The notes beneath the pieces are model-generated. The model was not told where the DNA came from. It made no database searches and was given only the letters and a program-made list of their open reading frames with translations. The translations under genes and the position numbers were made by a program. From Opitutales bacterium (GTDB lineage Bacteria; Verrucomicrobiota; Verrucomicrobiia; Opitutales; PNEW01): a DNA stretch of 32,000 nucleotides. The stretch spans positions 2,280,242 through 2,312,241 of the forward strand of contig CBDCNV010000002.1 in the NCBI GenBank assembly GCA_965219535.1, read 5' to 3'. Below are positions 1-8,678 of this stretch, in pieces; position 1 is the stretch's first letter; each line of letters opens with the position of its first letter.

Positions 1-1127
1 CAGTCGATATTGTGGTCGAAGCCACAGGCGTCCCTGAAATGGGTGCACACCACGGACTGGAGGCGATTCGTCATGGCAAGCATATTGCAATGGTGAACAA
101 GGAGACGGATGCTACGGTAGGTCCCATCCTTAAACACCTGGCCGACCAGGCGGGGGTCGTCTACACGGCCGTCGATGGCGACCAACATGGTTTACTTATA
201 GGTCTTGTTTCCTGGGCCTGTGAATTAGGATTGGATGTGCTCTGCGCCGGCAAGGCACGCGATTCTGGTATCCTTCTCGATCCAGCGACAGGGTCTGTGT
301 CTAAAAAGAGTGATGAGGTGGATATCAAAGATCCCCACCTTTTTCAGTTGGTAACGCCCGATACTGTTTCTGCAAAAATGATGCACCGTCGGGAGGCGCT
401 GGGGACTCTTGCGAATATAGGTTCTTTCGATGTCGAGGAACTGACGATTGCAGCCAATGCAACGGGACTCGTGCCTGACACTCCTGAGTTGCACGCTCCT
501 GTTGTCCGTACGACCGAGATCCCCCAAGTGCTTTGTCCTACGGAAGAAGGTGGAATCCTCAGCAATCGAGGGGTGATAGATATGGTGACCTGTATCCATC
601 ACTATGGCGAGCCAGGCCTTGGAGGCGGGGTATTTATCGTCGTGTCCTGTGCCAACGACTACTCCAGGCGCATTCTGACGGGCAAAGGTTTAATCAGCAA
701 TCAGGCAGGTCGTTCTGCTCTCATCTATCGGCCCTACCATCTCTGCGGTGTCGAGACATCCATTTCGATTTTGTGTGCTGTGCTTCTGGGTATTTCAACA
801 GCACCTGTGAATTATGTACCCCATTTTGACGTAGTGCTACGGGGCTTGGCGAATTTCAAAGCTGGTGATTGCGATGAGTGGAGCCGTTACCCGGGAGTGA
901 GCCACTCGCGTAAGTTCAAAGCTCTGATGCAACCGGTGCAATCCATAAGCTCCGGGAAACCACTGCCCATGCAAATGCTCGCCGGGAATGTACTGGCAAA
1001 GGAAGTGAAAGTCGGCCAGATCATCACGACCGACATGGTCATCGAGCCACGCAATTCAGTGCTTTGGTCACTACGGGCGCAGCAGGAAGAACACTTCCTA
1101 GGAAAAGCTAACAATGACCCATTTTGA
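1..1127 (+). CDS. NAD(P)-binding oxidoreductase, homoserine-dehydrogenase-like with C-terminal SAF-like domain; 5' end lies outside the window
   Basis: The frame is open from base 3 (VDIVVEATGVPE...), so the GTG at 12 in the ORF track is not the true start. The DIVVEATG, GKHIAMVNKE and DGDQHG blocks recall COG4091-type predicted homoserine dehydrogenases. The tail AGNVLAKEVKVGQIITTDMV looks SAF-like. Motif recall only. Confidence 0.65.
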   Translation, partial: VDIVVEATGVPEMGAHHGLEAIRHGKHIAMVNKETDATVGPILKHLADQAGVVYTAVDGDQHGLLIGLVSWACELGLDVLCAGKARDSGILLDPATGSVSKKSDEVDIKDPHLFQLVTPDTVSAKMMHRREALGTLANIGSFDVEELTIAANATGLVPDTPELHAPVVRTTEIPQVLCPTEEGGILSNRGVIDMVTCIHHYGEPGLGGGVFIVVSCANDYSRRILTGKGLISNQAGRSALIYRPYHLCGVETSISILCAVLLGISTAPVNYVPHFDVVLRGLANFKAGDCDEWSRYPGVSHSRKFKALMQPVQSISSGKPLPMQMLAGNVLAKEVKVGQIITTDMVIEPRNSVLWSLRAQQEEHFLGKANNDPF

Positions 1128-1238
1128 CTTCCTTCTGTTTCGTGAAAGTGCTTGCTTAGGGTTATCCGATTCAGGACGATTTTGTTTTCACAAAGATATC
1201 GAATATCATAAATTTCAACGGAGTAGAGGAGTTCAAAA

Positions 1239-2210
1239 ATGCCAGACCTGGAAGTCCGCCGATTAGGACGCACAGAGATGAAAACGAAGGCGCTTGGATT
1301 GGGTTGCGGACATCTGGGTTATCCGCAGCGGCCGGATGAAGAGGCGATGGCAACGATTCGTGAAGCTATAGAGCAGGGGATCGATTTTGTCGATACGTCT
1401 CCGTTCTACGAGGAAAGCGAGTATCGTGTAGGATTGGCATTGGCTGGCGGTTGGCGAGAAAAGGTCTACCTTCAAACCAAGGTGGGTTCTCATCCACGGT
1501 TCCTCCGCGATTTTTCAAAAGAAGCGACGACGTGGAGCTTGGAGAACAGCTTGAAGCAGCTTCAGACAGAGTACCTGGATTCAGTGTTGATTCACGGTCC
1601 GCGCTACGACATTGAAGCACCGTTAGGTGAGTGTTTGGATGTATTGGTAGAATGGAAGTCGAAAGGGCGCATCGGTCACATTGGCATCGGTGTGCGCCAA
1701 CCTGAATTTCATCGCCGGGCGATTGAAACGGGCGAAATAGATATTGTGCTGTCTTTCCTGGACTACACCCTGCTTTCTAATTCCCTCGCCCAAACGACAA
1801 TTCCTTTTGCGCTGGAAAATGACATAGGAATCATTCTGGGCAGTCCATTGGGTGCCTCACTTCTCGCAGGTCCAGAACCGGACACCCAAGGCATAAAAGA
1901 GCTGGAACCCGATGAAAACGGGATTGTTCCCCCTTCGATCATAGGTGGGCCGACAGACCCCGCCGTTGTAACTTATGCACACCAGATGTGGCAGTGGTGC
2001 AAAGAACAGGGTTTGAACATTCGCGACCTGGCGATGCAGTTTGCTCTTAATGCACCGGTCAAAGGCAATGGCATTGTTCTGACTGGGCCGGCCAATCCGA
2101 AGGAATTTCACGAGGTATATGCGAGCGCCACCACGACGGTGTCGGAAAATGTGTGGCAGGACTTTGAGGCCACCTTTGGAGTAAGGATTCAAGCAGGGAT
2201 TTCAACATAG
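1239..2210 (+). CDS. Aldo/keto reductase family oxidoreductase
   Basis: 323-aa ORF with AGGAG about 7 nt upstream of the ATG. Blocks LGRTEMKTKALGLGCGHLG, DTSPFYEESEYRVG, LQTKVG and DSVLIHGP fit the AKR Asp/Tyr/Lys/His catalytic context. Confidence 0.85.
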   Translation: MPDLEVRRLGRTEMKTKALGLGCGHLGYPQRPDEEAMATIREAIEQGIDFVDTSPFYEESEYRVGLALAGGWREKVYLQTKVGSHPRFLRDFSKEATTWSLENSLKQLQTEYLDSVLIHGPRYDIEAPLGECLDVLVEWKSKGRIGHIGIGVRQPEFHRRAIETGEIDIVLSFLDYTLLSNSLAQTTIPFALENDIGIILGSPLGASLLAGPEPDTQGIKELEPDENGIVPPSIIGGPTDPAVVTYAHQMWQWCKEQGLNIRDLAMQFALNAPVKGNGIVLTGPANPKEFHEVYASATTTVSENVWQDFEATFGVRIQAGIST

Positions 2211-2240
2211 TTTAAATTATATTTTGTTTCTATAATTCTC

Positions 2241-2292
2241 TTGCCTCTATCTCATTCAATCAGCAATCGAAAATCCGCAATCCGAAATTGAA
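2241..2292 (-). repeat. Degenerate reverse-oriented fragment of the hexamer-arm cassette (copy I)
   Basis: The reverse complement reads GATTGCGGATTTTCGATTGCTGATTGAATGAGATAGAGGCAAG. This is collinear with the reverse complement of 23500-23550 and resembles the GATNNN right arm of copies C-G. Confidence 0.3.
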
Positions 2293-3765
2293 ATGACCTC
2301 TCGCCCGAATGTGCTCCTCATTGTGACAGATGAACAGCGGTATGACACGCTGGGTTGCACGGGCCGCGAGCGTATCTCGACTCCGAACATCGATGGGTTG
2401 GCCGCGAATGGAATGCTCTTCGAAAATGCTTTCTGCACAACGCCCATCTGCACACCCGCGAGGACTTCCATTTTCTCAGGTCTCTATCCGCATACCCACG
2501 GAATGATTGCGAACCATCAAATGAGACCCGGTTGTGATCAGATGTTGATGCGTAAAGATCTGAAACTCATTGCTGACTACCTAAAACCAGCAGGCTATTT
2601 CTGCGGCTACACGGGAAAATGGCATATGGGTTCCGGATACGACAGGAGAGGATTCTCAGCCTTTAAAGCCGCACATTTTAATTTCGATGTGGACCAGCCG
2701 GAAGAGAATGAAATCATTCAACATGCAAAAAAAATTGGAGTGGAGGTTACCGGCCGTCATCAAGGTGGAATTGATCCCAACTGGGATAAGTATGACGAGA
2801 CGATTTTTTTCGGGCCGTCCCGGTTTGGACTTGCCGATCACCCTGCATCGCTGATGTGTGATCGCGCTGTAGAGTTCATCCATGATGCATCTTCATTGGA
2901 TCAACCATTTATGCTGGTGTGGAGCACCCATGAACCCCATCCGCCCTGGGTCTGCCCGGAGCCTTTTATCAGCATGTACAACTCCGATGAGATGATCCTT
3001 CCCGAAACCCTGAGAGATACTTATACCGCGACCCATCTCAAGGATCGCCTGCTGGAAGGTCATTTGCAATCGGTTGAGCAATGGAATGACGATCAGTTAC
3101 GACAAATGTGGGCGGGCTATTTAGGCGAAGTCAGTTTCGTTGATTTTTTGACCGGACGGTTAATGGCGGCACTCCATCAAAAAGACCTCTTTGATAATAC
3201 ACTTATTATATTCACTTCGGATCACGGCGAGCTGCTGGGAAGCCACGGTTTTATTTACAAAAGTGCGTTAATGTTCGAGGAGCTGATTCACATCCCTTTA
3301 ATTATTGTTCCTCCAGGCGGGGATAAAAAATCGGCGCGCTCTCCGGAACTTGTCTCTCATGTCGACCTTATGCCGACGATTTTGAATTACTGTGGTGTTG
3401 AACCCCCGGAGGAACTTCACGGTGTATCCATCACCCCGCTCATCGAAGGGGATACACAACCCGTGAGAGAAGGTTTAGCGGGAGAATATCATTCCTGTAG
3501 CTGGGCGGAAGATCCGGTGACACCCTTGCGAATGTGGCGAACCAGAAATTATAAATACATCGAATCCCAGAATGGGATTAATGAATTCTATAACCTTGTT
3601 GAGGATCCTCACGAGAAGAACAACCTGATTGACGATCCTCACTACGAGGAGCAAATCAATGAAATGCGGTCAGCTCTCTCGGATTGGTTAAAGAAGACTG
3701 GGGATACCTGGCCAGACGTTCCAGAACCCCCTGCCGGATTTCGCAGAACCGAACCACTCCCATAG
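2293..3765 (+). CDS. Cys-type (formylglycine-dependent) sulfatase without an N-terminal signal peptide
   Basis: PNVLLIVTDEQRYD metal-binding strand starts at residue 5. CTPARTSIFSG contains the C-x-P-x-R motif. GKWHMG and FTSDHGE blocks are present. There is no hydrophobic leader. Confidence 0.9.
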   Translation: MTSRPNVLLIVTDEQRYDTLGCTGRERISTPNIDGLAANGMLFENAFCTTPICTPARTSIFSGLYPHTHGMIANHQMRPGCDQMLMRKDLKLIADYLKPAGYFCGYTGKWHMGSGYDRRGFSAFKAAHFNFDVDQPEENEIIQHAKKIGVEVTGRHQGGIDPNWDKYDETIFFGPSRFGLADHPASLMCDRAVEFIHDASSLDQPFMLVWSTHEPHPPWVCPEPFISMYNSDEMILPETLRDTYTATHLKDRLLEGHLQSVEQWNDDQLRQMWAGYLGEVSFVDFLTGRLMAALHQKDLFDNTLIIFTSDHGELLGSHGFIYKSALMFEELIHIPLIIVPPGGDKKSARSPELVSHVDLMPTILNYCGVEPPEELHGVSITPLIEGDTQPVREGLAGEYHSCSWAEDPVTPLRMWRTRNYKYIESQNGINEFYNLVEDPHEKNNLIDDPHYEEQINEMRSALSDWLKKTGDTWPDVPEPPAGFRRTEPLP

Positions 3766-3851
3766 AATATTTAAAATATTAAGATCGGGGAGAGTGGAAA
3801 TTGCAAAAAGATCGACCTGACCCCTTTAGTATTTTAAGGATTACTTGAAAA

Positions 3852-4547
3852 ATGAGTCCGGTTGCCAATCCCAATCCAGCACATCGCCAACGGTACCTGG
3901 ACAATGGTTTTGAATTTTACGAAAATCTTCTCAGCCATGATGAAGCGATTGAACTCTTAGAACTGTTGCGCCCAGCCCTGGATGGTGAATTAGGGCATGT
4001 CGGTTTCGGAGAGGAAGGCAATACGGATATTAAACACGGCCGGCAACAGCAGATTAGCATCAGCGGCGATGGGCCGATTCCGAAATTAGCTGAGCATCCC
4101 TACCGTCACCGAGCCCAACAATTAGCTGAGTATCTCGCAGGTTATCCGTTACGGTTTTCCTACGGGCAGATAATTGCCAAACCGGCACAATACAACGCCC
4201 GGGAGCAATGGCACCAAGACGGTCACTATTGGCAAGGTCATACTGCGAGTGAAGCCGGCATCACCTGTTGGGTCGCGTTGACGGCGTGCAATCCGAGAAA
4301 CGGTGCTGTGGGATATGTGACAGGTAGCCACCGGACGGGTATTCATCAACACGCAAATGTTGTTGGCAAGTATGAGATCCACCGTGCCTTCGAGGTATCG
4401 GAACCCGCCTCAGACAAGGTGGTGTACGCCCACTTAGCTCCAGGTGACGCGGCATTTCATCACAGCTTATGCATTCACGGTTCGTCTGGTAACCAGACCG
4501 ATCAGCCGCGCATCGGCATTGTCTCCCATTTCTTCCCAGTCGAGTGA
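3852..4547 (+). CDS. Phytanoyl-CoA dioxygenase (PhyH) family Fe(II)/2-oxoglutarate oxygenase
   Basis: N-terminal YLDNGFEFYENLLS, the H-x-D motif in WHQDGHYW, and a distal His in AAFHHSLCIHGSSGN. The 231-aa size fits the family. Confidence 0.75.
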   Translation: MSPVANPNPAHRQRYLDNGFEFYENLLSHDEAIELLELLRPALDGELGHVGFGEEGNTDIKHGRQQQISISGDGPIPKLAEHPYRHRAQQLAEYLAGYPLRFSYGQIIAKPAQYNAREQWHQDGHYWQGHTASEAGITCWVALTACNPRNGAVGYVTGSHRTGIHQHANVVGKYEIHRAFEVSEPASDKVVYAHLAPGDAAFHHSLCIHGSSGNQTDQPRIGIVSHFFPVE

Positions 4548-4550
4548 GTA

Positions 4551-4666
4551 TAAAACAATCCAAATCGAAATCGCTATCGGGTTCGGGATCGATTCCGATA
4601 GCGATTTCAATCCCGATGAAAGATAATCCCAAGCAGATGGTGGAGTTTACGCTTAACGGCGCGCCC
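4551..4666 (+). repeat. Gene-less copy A of the four-helix-bundle cassette (hexamer arms plus tail)
   Basis: TAAAACAATCCAAATCGAAATCGCTATCGG ... CCGATAGCGATTTCAATCCCGATGAAAGATAATCCCAAGCAGATGGTGGAGTTTACGCTTAACGG. ATCGAAATCGCTATCGG (4564-4580) pairs with CCGATAGCGATTTCAAT (4595-4611) at 16 of 17 positions. Confidence 0.8.
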
Positions 4667-4718
4667 TGGGGGAAAAATTCTCTGGAAGCGTTATACATAT
4701 ACAATCAGAAAAGATAAC

Positions 4719-6020
4719 ATGAAAGAGCTACAACTTTTCGGCGGCTTCGCTCGAACCGACATCACGCCCGAACTCGGTATTCTATTGATGGGTTATCCCG
4801 ATCCAGACCGGAAAGCGGAGTCTGTCCGCGACCCATTGCAGGCAAACGCACTTGTCTTGAAGCAAGGAGAGACGACAGCAGTCCTGATCAGTTTAACGAT
4901 CTGCATTCTTGAAGACACCGATGTAGAAAGGATCCGGCTGGGTATTCTGGAACAGACCGGCATAGACGCGGAGAGAATTGTGGTCTCTACTATTCAGACG
5001 CATTCCGCTCCCTGCACCATGACGTGTTGGGGGTGGTGCGATAAGGACGAGACCTACGTCGATCTTATCGTGAACCAGAGCATCAAAGCGGCGGTGAAAG
5101 CCAGTCAGAACCTGAAGGAAATTCAGGTCGGCTTTGGGAAGACGGAAAGTGATGTAGGCGTGAATCGTAGAGTGATCCTGGCCGACCACTCGGTTGCTCT
5201 GGGGAACAACCCCTGGGGGATCTACGATCCGGAAATGACTGTTGTCTGTTTTCAGAGCGCTGACGGTCCACTAGCAACCCTGATTCACTACGGCGCACAT
5301 CCCACCGTCTTTACAAGCAAGAGCAGAGCGATTTCTCGTGATTGGCCTGGGGTCATGATCGATCGGGTTGAAGACCTTACTGGCGCTCCAGCGCTTTTCG
5401 TAAACGCTGCAGTGGGCGACATAGCTCCCCGGAGCAATTTCCTCGGTGCGGTCGGAGATGGAGAAGGAGCATTGCAAGAGGTCGGCACCCGGGCGGGAAT
5501 GGATGCGATGCGAGCCATCCGGACGATCAAGGAATTCCGCAACGTGGAGCTGGGCATCACGACAGGAGCATACCAATTACCCTACAGGTCTTTGCCCCCG
5601 GAGGAAGAAGCGAGTCGTAATCTTGCAGAAGCTGAACCTCACCGGAACGAATACGGTAAAGGCATGTGTGAATATAAATATTGGCAAGCCGTCGTCAGCG
5701 CTCAGCAGACCGCGCCAGTCTCCGGCAAGAACTATTTTCAGGTCATTCTGCGTCTTGGCCCAGTTGCGATAGTGCCGTTTCCGGGAGAGCCATTTGCTGA
5801 AATAGTCCTTCGCCTTCGTGATCTCAGTCCTGCCCAATACACGCTTTGTGCCAGTACATCTTGTGGAAGCAACGGGTACTTCGTTACGCGTGAGTCCTTG
5901 GACCGCGGTGGGTATGAGGTCTGGGTAGCTAGAGCGATGGGGGCGTATATCCTTGCGGAGAATATTGATGATGTGCTGGTAGAGGAAAACATGAAGCTTC
6001 TTACCAAAGCCTACGCATAA
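4719..6020 (+). CDS. Neutral/alkaline ceramidase N-terminal-domain-like hydrolase, no signal peptide
   Basis: GGFARTDITPELGILLMGYPD...VRDPLQANALVL...IQTHSAPC resembles the N-terminal domain of bacterial proteins annotated as non-lysosomal ceramidase-like. Family recalled from motifs only. Confidence 0.55.
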   Translation: MKELQLFGGFARTDITPELGILLMGYPDPDRKAESVRDPLQANALVLKQGETTAVLISLTICILEDTDVERIRLGILEQTGIDAERIVVSTIQTHSAPCTMTCWGWCDKDETYVDLIVNQSIKAAVKASQNLKEIQVGFGKTESDVGVNRRVILADHSVALGNNPWGIYDPEMTVVCFQSADGPLATLIHYGAHPTVFTSKSRAISRDWPGVMIDRVEDLTGAPALFVNAAVGDIAPRSNFLGAVGDGEGALQEVGTRAGMDAMRAIRTIKEFRNVELGITTGAYQLPYRSLPPEEEASRNLAEAEPHRNEYGKGMCEYKYWQAVVSAQQTAPVSGKNYFQVILRLGPVAIVPFPGEPFAEIVLRLRDLSPAQYTLCASTSCGSNGYFVTRESLDRGGYEVWVARAMGAYILAENIDDVLVEENMKLLTKAYA

Positions 6021-6098
6021 GGAAACGAATAAGAAGCAGGATGCAGGTGTCAGTTTATTGTCGCTCCTGATCCACGACTTTAGTAGGGTAGAGTGATC

Positions 6099-6464
6099 AT
6101 GAATTACGAAGCAATTAATTTGAAAAACAAACTCTCCAAATTTGATGAGCATTGGTCTCCCCGGGTCATCGCGGAGATGAATGACTATCAATTTAAATTA
6201 GCAAAAGGGGAAGGGGAGTTTGTCTGGCATGATCACCCGGATACAGATGAAGTCTTCATCGTAATTGAAGGCACATTTGAAATTGAATTTAGAGATGGAA
6301 AAGTTACTCTGAATGAAGGTGAAATGTTCGTTGTCCCAAAAGGAGTTGAGCACAAGCCTTTCGCCAAAGGATTATGCCAGGTTTTAGTGATTGAGCCTAG
6401 AGGCGTCACAAACACCGGTAATACAGGTGGAGCACTTACAGCAGAAAATGACGTATGGGTATAA
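6099..6464 (+). CDS. Cupin domain protein
   Basis: Two cupin motifs: [16 protein letters not shown] and [14 protein letters not shown]. The ATG at 6099 is preferred over the GTG at 6093. Visibly AT-rich. Confidence 0.75.
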   Translation: MNYEAINLKNKLSKFDEHWSPRVIAEMNDYQFKLAKGEGEFVWHDHPDTDEVFIVIEGTFEIEFRDGKVTLNEGEMFVVPKGVEHKPFAKGLCQVLVIEPRGVTNTGNTGGALTAENDVWV

Positions 6465-6498
6465 AGCAGCTGAGAAATTAATTTACGCGGACCAGGGT

Positions 6499-7254
6499 AT
6501 GAATTCGAAACTATATTCAATGCTAAGCATTGTCATTAAAACATTTGAAAGACCCTATTGTACAAATCGAATAATAGATTCTATTTTTCATTACTACCCA
6601 AAGATGAAGGTTATTGTCGCGGATGACAGCCGTAATCCAGGTGAAAGTGATGCAGTTAATTACCATAAACTCCCTTTTAATTCAGGCATAAGTTACGGGC
6701 GAAATTTTTTAATAAACCAAGTTAAAACAAAATATTTTTTACTCTTAGATGATGATTTCATTTTTACGGAAAAGACAGATCTCAATACATTGTTAAATAT
6801 TTTAGAGGGTAATGATGTTGATTTGGTGGCTGGGAATATTATGGAGAACATGAAATTACGGGACTTATCGGGTATTGGCGTCATGAGACAAGAGGGAGGG
6901 ACCTTGTATATAACGAGAAAAGAATATTCAGGTAAGCATTTGAATTATTACACCTGTGATTTTGTACCCAATTTTTTTATGGCTAACACCGAGCGGATTA
7001 AAGAAGCAGGAGCTTGGGATAATGAATTGAAGGTTCAAGAGCACTGGGCATTTTTTTACAAAATAAGAGGTAAAGTAAAAACGGCGTTTTGTCCTGCAGT
7101 TGAAATTGAACACAAAAGAGAAACCAACGAAAGATACGAGCGCTTTAATGGTAATATTGTGGATCTGACAGATCAACAGGTATTGGGAAAGCACATGTAT
7201 AACCTAGAAAAAGTAATTTTTTTGCAAGACGGCAAGATAGGACAAAATTTCTAA
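6499..7254 (+). CDS. Glycosyltransferase family 2
   Basis: SIVIKTFERP, VADDSRNP and the D-x-D in LLLDDDF. The ATG at 6499 avoids overlapping the cupin gene. Very AT-rich: 19 of 60 G+C counted by hand at 6661-6720. Confidence 0.75.
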   Translation: MNSKLYSMLSIVIKTFERPYCTNRIIDSIFHYYPKMKVIVADDSRNPGESDAVNYHKLPFNSGISYGRNFLINQVKTKYFLLLDDDFIFTEKTDLNTLLNILEGNDVDLVAGNIMENMKLRDLSGIGVMRQEGGTLYITRKEYSGKHLNYYTCDFVPNFFMANTERIKEAGAWDNELKVQEHWAFFYKIRGKVKTAFCPAVEIEHKRETNERYERFNGNIVDLTDQQVLGKHMYNLEKVIFLQDGKIGQNF

Positions 7255-7265
7255 AAAGTTCAATA

Positions 7266-7498
7266 GGGGTCAGGCTGTGCATATATCAGTTATTAACCTA
7301 GATCACATTATCCCGGTACGCTTTTTTTAAAAATTTAGAATTACTTGTTGTAAGTAAAACAATCCAAATCGAAATCGGAATCGAAACCCAAATCGATCCC
7401 GATGAAAGATAATCCCAATCAGACGGTGGAGTTTGCGCCTAACGACGGGCCTCACTTTTAGCATTATTAGGCTAAGATTCTTTAAAGGATAAGCTATT
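7266..7498 (+). repeat. Gene-less copy B of the cassette, including its promoter-like box
   Basis: GGGGTCAGGCTGTGCATATATCAG...TTTAGAATTACTTGTTGTAAGTAAAACAATCCAAATCGAAATCGGAATCGAAACCCAAATCGATCCCGATGAAAGATAATCCCAATCAGACGGTGGAGTTTGCGCCTAACG...TTAGCATTATTAGG. Same subfamily as copy A (GATGAAAGATAATCCCAA). Confidence 0.8.
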
Positions 7499-7504
7499 TA
7501 AACT

Positions 7505-7574
7505 ATTAGTTGCCAACCTTGACAATAATTTCATCTATCCGTGATTATACAGAACCTTAAAATTAATTATTTGT
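7505..7574 (+). promoter_or_regulatory. Promoter-like box (AACCTTGACA ... CAGAACCTTAAAATTAATTATTTGT) upstream of the 7606 gene
   Basis: Homologous to the boxes at 11452, 11676, 13515 and 15045. Here the TAGAAT region carries a small insertion. Confidence 0.4.
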
Positions 7575-7605
7575 TTAACGACATCCAAACCCGGGACCCA
7601 AACTC

Positions 7606-8613
7606 ATGGCAATTGATTCGCAAGCTTATACAACGATCGACTACGACAAGGACGGGAAACAATTCGGTAGACTGGATGTGCCGCTATCGACTAACCGTTC
7701 AGGATGGGCGACCCTCTTCGTCGATGTCGCCGTAGTCAAGAACGGCGATGGACCCACTGCGGTCTTGTTCGGCGGCAACCATGGCGATGAATACGAGGGG
7801 CCGACGGCGTTGATGAAACTAGCGAAACGCCTGACCCCGGATCAAATCACCGGCCGCGTCATCATTGTACCTGCGCTCAACCCGCCGGCCGTCGATGCCG
7901 GCACCCGCCACTCGCCGATTGATGGCCGCAACATGAATCGCGCCTTCCCGGGGCATCGTGACGAGGTCTCGGTGACAGGTATCATCGCCCATTATATGGC
8001 GCACGAGATCATTCCGAAAGCGGATCTCGTAGTGGATATTCATTCCGGCGCGGTCACCGCGCATTGGCTTCCCTGCGTCAATATGCATCATGTACCGGAT
8101 GACAAGCAGATGGGACAAATGATCGAGACTGCCAAAGTGTGGGGCACGCCGTACGTTTTTATTTACCAGGATATCGCGGGTAGCGGTCTTTTGCCGGGCT
8201 ACGCGGAATCGCTGGGCAAGATAACCCTGGGCACGGAGATCGGAGGATCAGCACAATACGGCAGAGAAATGGTGGCGATCACAGAAACCGGTGTCGATAA
8301 CGTCCTGCGCCACGTTGGTATTCTGAGCGGTGAAATTTCGAAGCCGGAAGGCGAGCCGCATGTTGTCGCGGCCGACCGCCACGAGGACTATGTCATGGCA
8401 CCCGTTGGCGGGGTGTTCGAACCGTTTGTCGAGCTCTCGGATCACATCGAAGACGGCCAGGCGCTTGGGCAAATTCATTCGCTGGAGCGCCCGTTCGACG
8501 ACCCGTATCCGGTACTCGCGGAGACCAACGGCATGGTGATTTCACGCCGATCGTTTCCGCGTACGCAGCGTGGGGATTACCTGGTTGCAATCGTGCGGCC
8601 ATGGAGTGGGTGA
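7606..8613 (+). CDS. Succinylglutamate desuccinylase/aspartoacylase (AstE/AspA) family zinc deacylase, DoeB-like
   Basis: GGNHGDEYEGP zinc-binding block and DIHSG. The 335-aa size fits the family. Much more GC-rich than its neighbours: 40 of 60 G+C counted at 7861-7920. Confidence 0.8.
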   Translation: MAIDSQAYTTIDYDKDGKQFGRLDVPLSTNRSGWATLFVDVAVVKNGDGPTAVLFGGNHGDEYEGPTALMKLAKRLTPDQITGRVIIVPALNPPAVDAGTRHSPIDGRNMNRAFPGHRDEVSVTGIIAHYMAHEIIPKADLVVDIHSGAVTAHWLPCVNMHHVPDDKQMGQMIETAKVWGTPYVFIYQDIAGSGLLPGYAESLGKITLGTEIGGSAQYGREMVAITETGVDNVLRHVGILSGEISKPEGEPHVVAADRHEDYVMAPVGGVFEPFVELSDHIEDGQALGQIHSLERPFDDPYPVLAETNGMVISRRSFPRTQRGDYLVAIVRPWSG

Positions 8614-8678
8614 TGGGTTTTTAGGATGTGCCGCGCCGCTGAGCTTGACCGCAATAGATGCAGAAAAAAGGAGATGAA

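Noticed and set aside
4261-4704. ORFs running through the hexamer arrays: 4261-4704 minus, 4444-4626 plus, 15476-15679 minus and 15014-15256 minus, with translations such as IGIEIAIGIDPEPDSDFD and IEIAIGFGIDSDSDF.
   Set aside because: They are by-products of the 6-nt periodic ATCGNN/GATNNN repeats, which stay open in several frames on both strands. They lack plausible starts and overlap better-supported genes or repeat units.
6391-6498. An N-terminal extension of the GT2 ORF overlapping the cupin gene by 74 nt.
   Set aside because: The extension has no GT2 features. The ATG at 6499 precedes the conserved SIVIKTFERP strand at the usual distance and removes the overlap.
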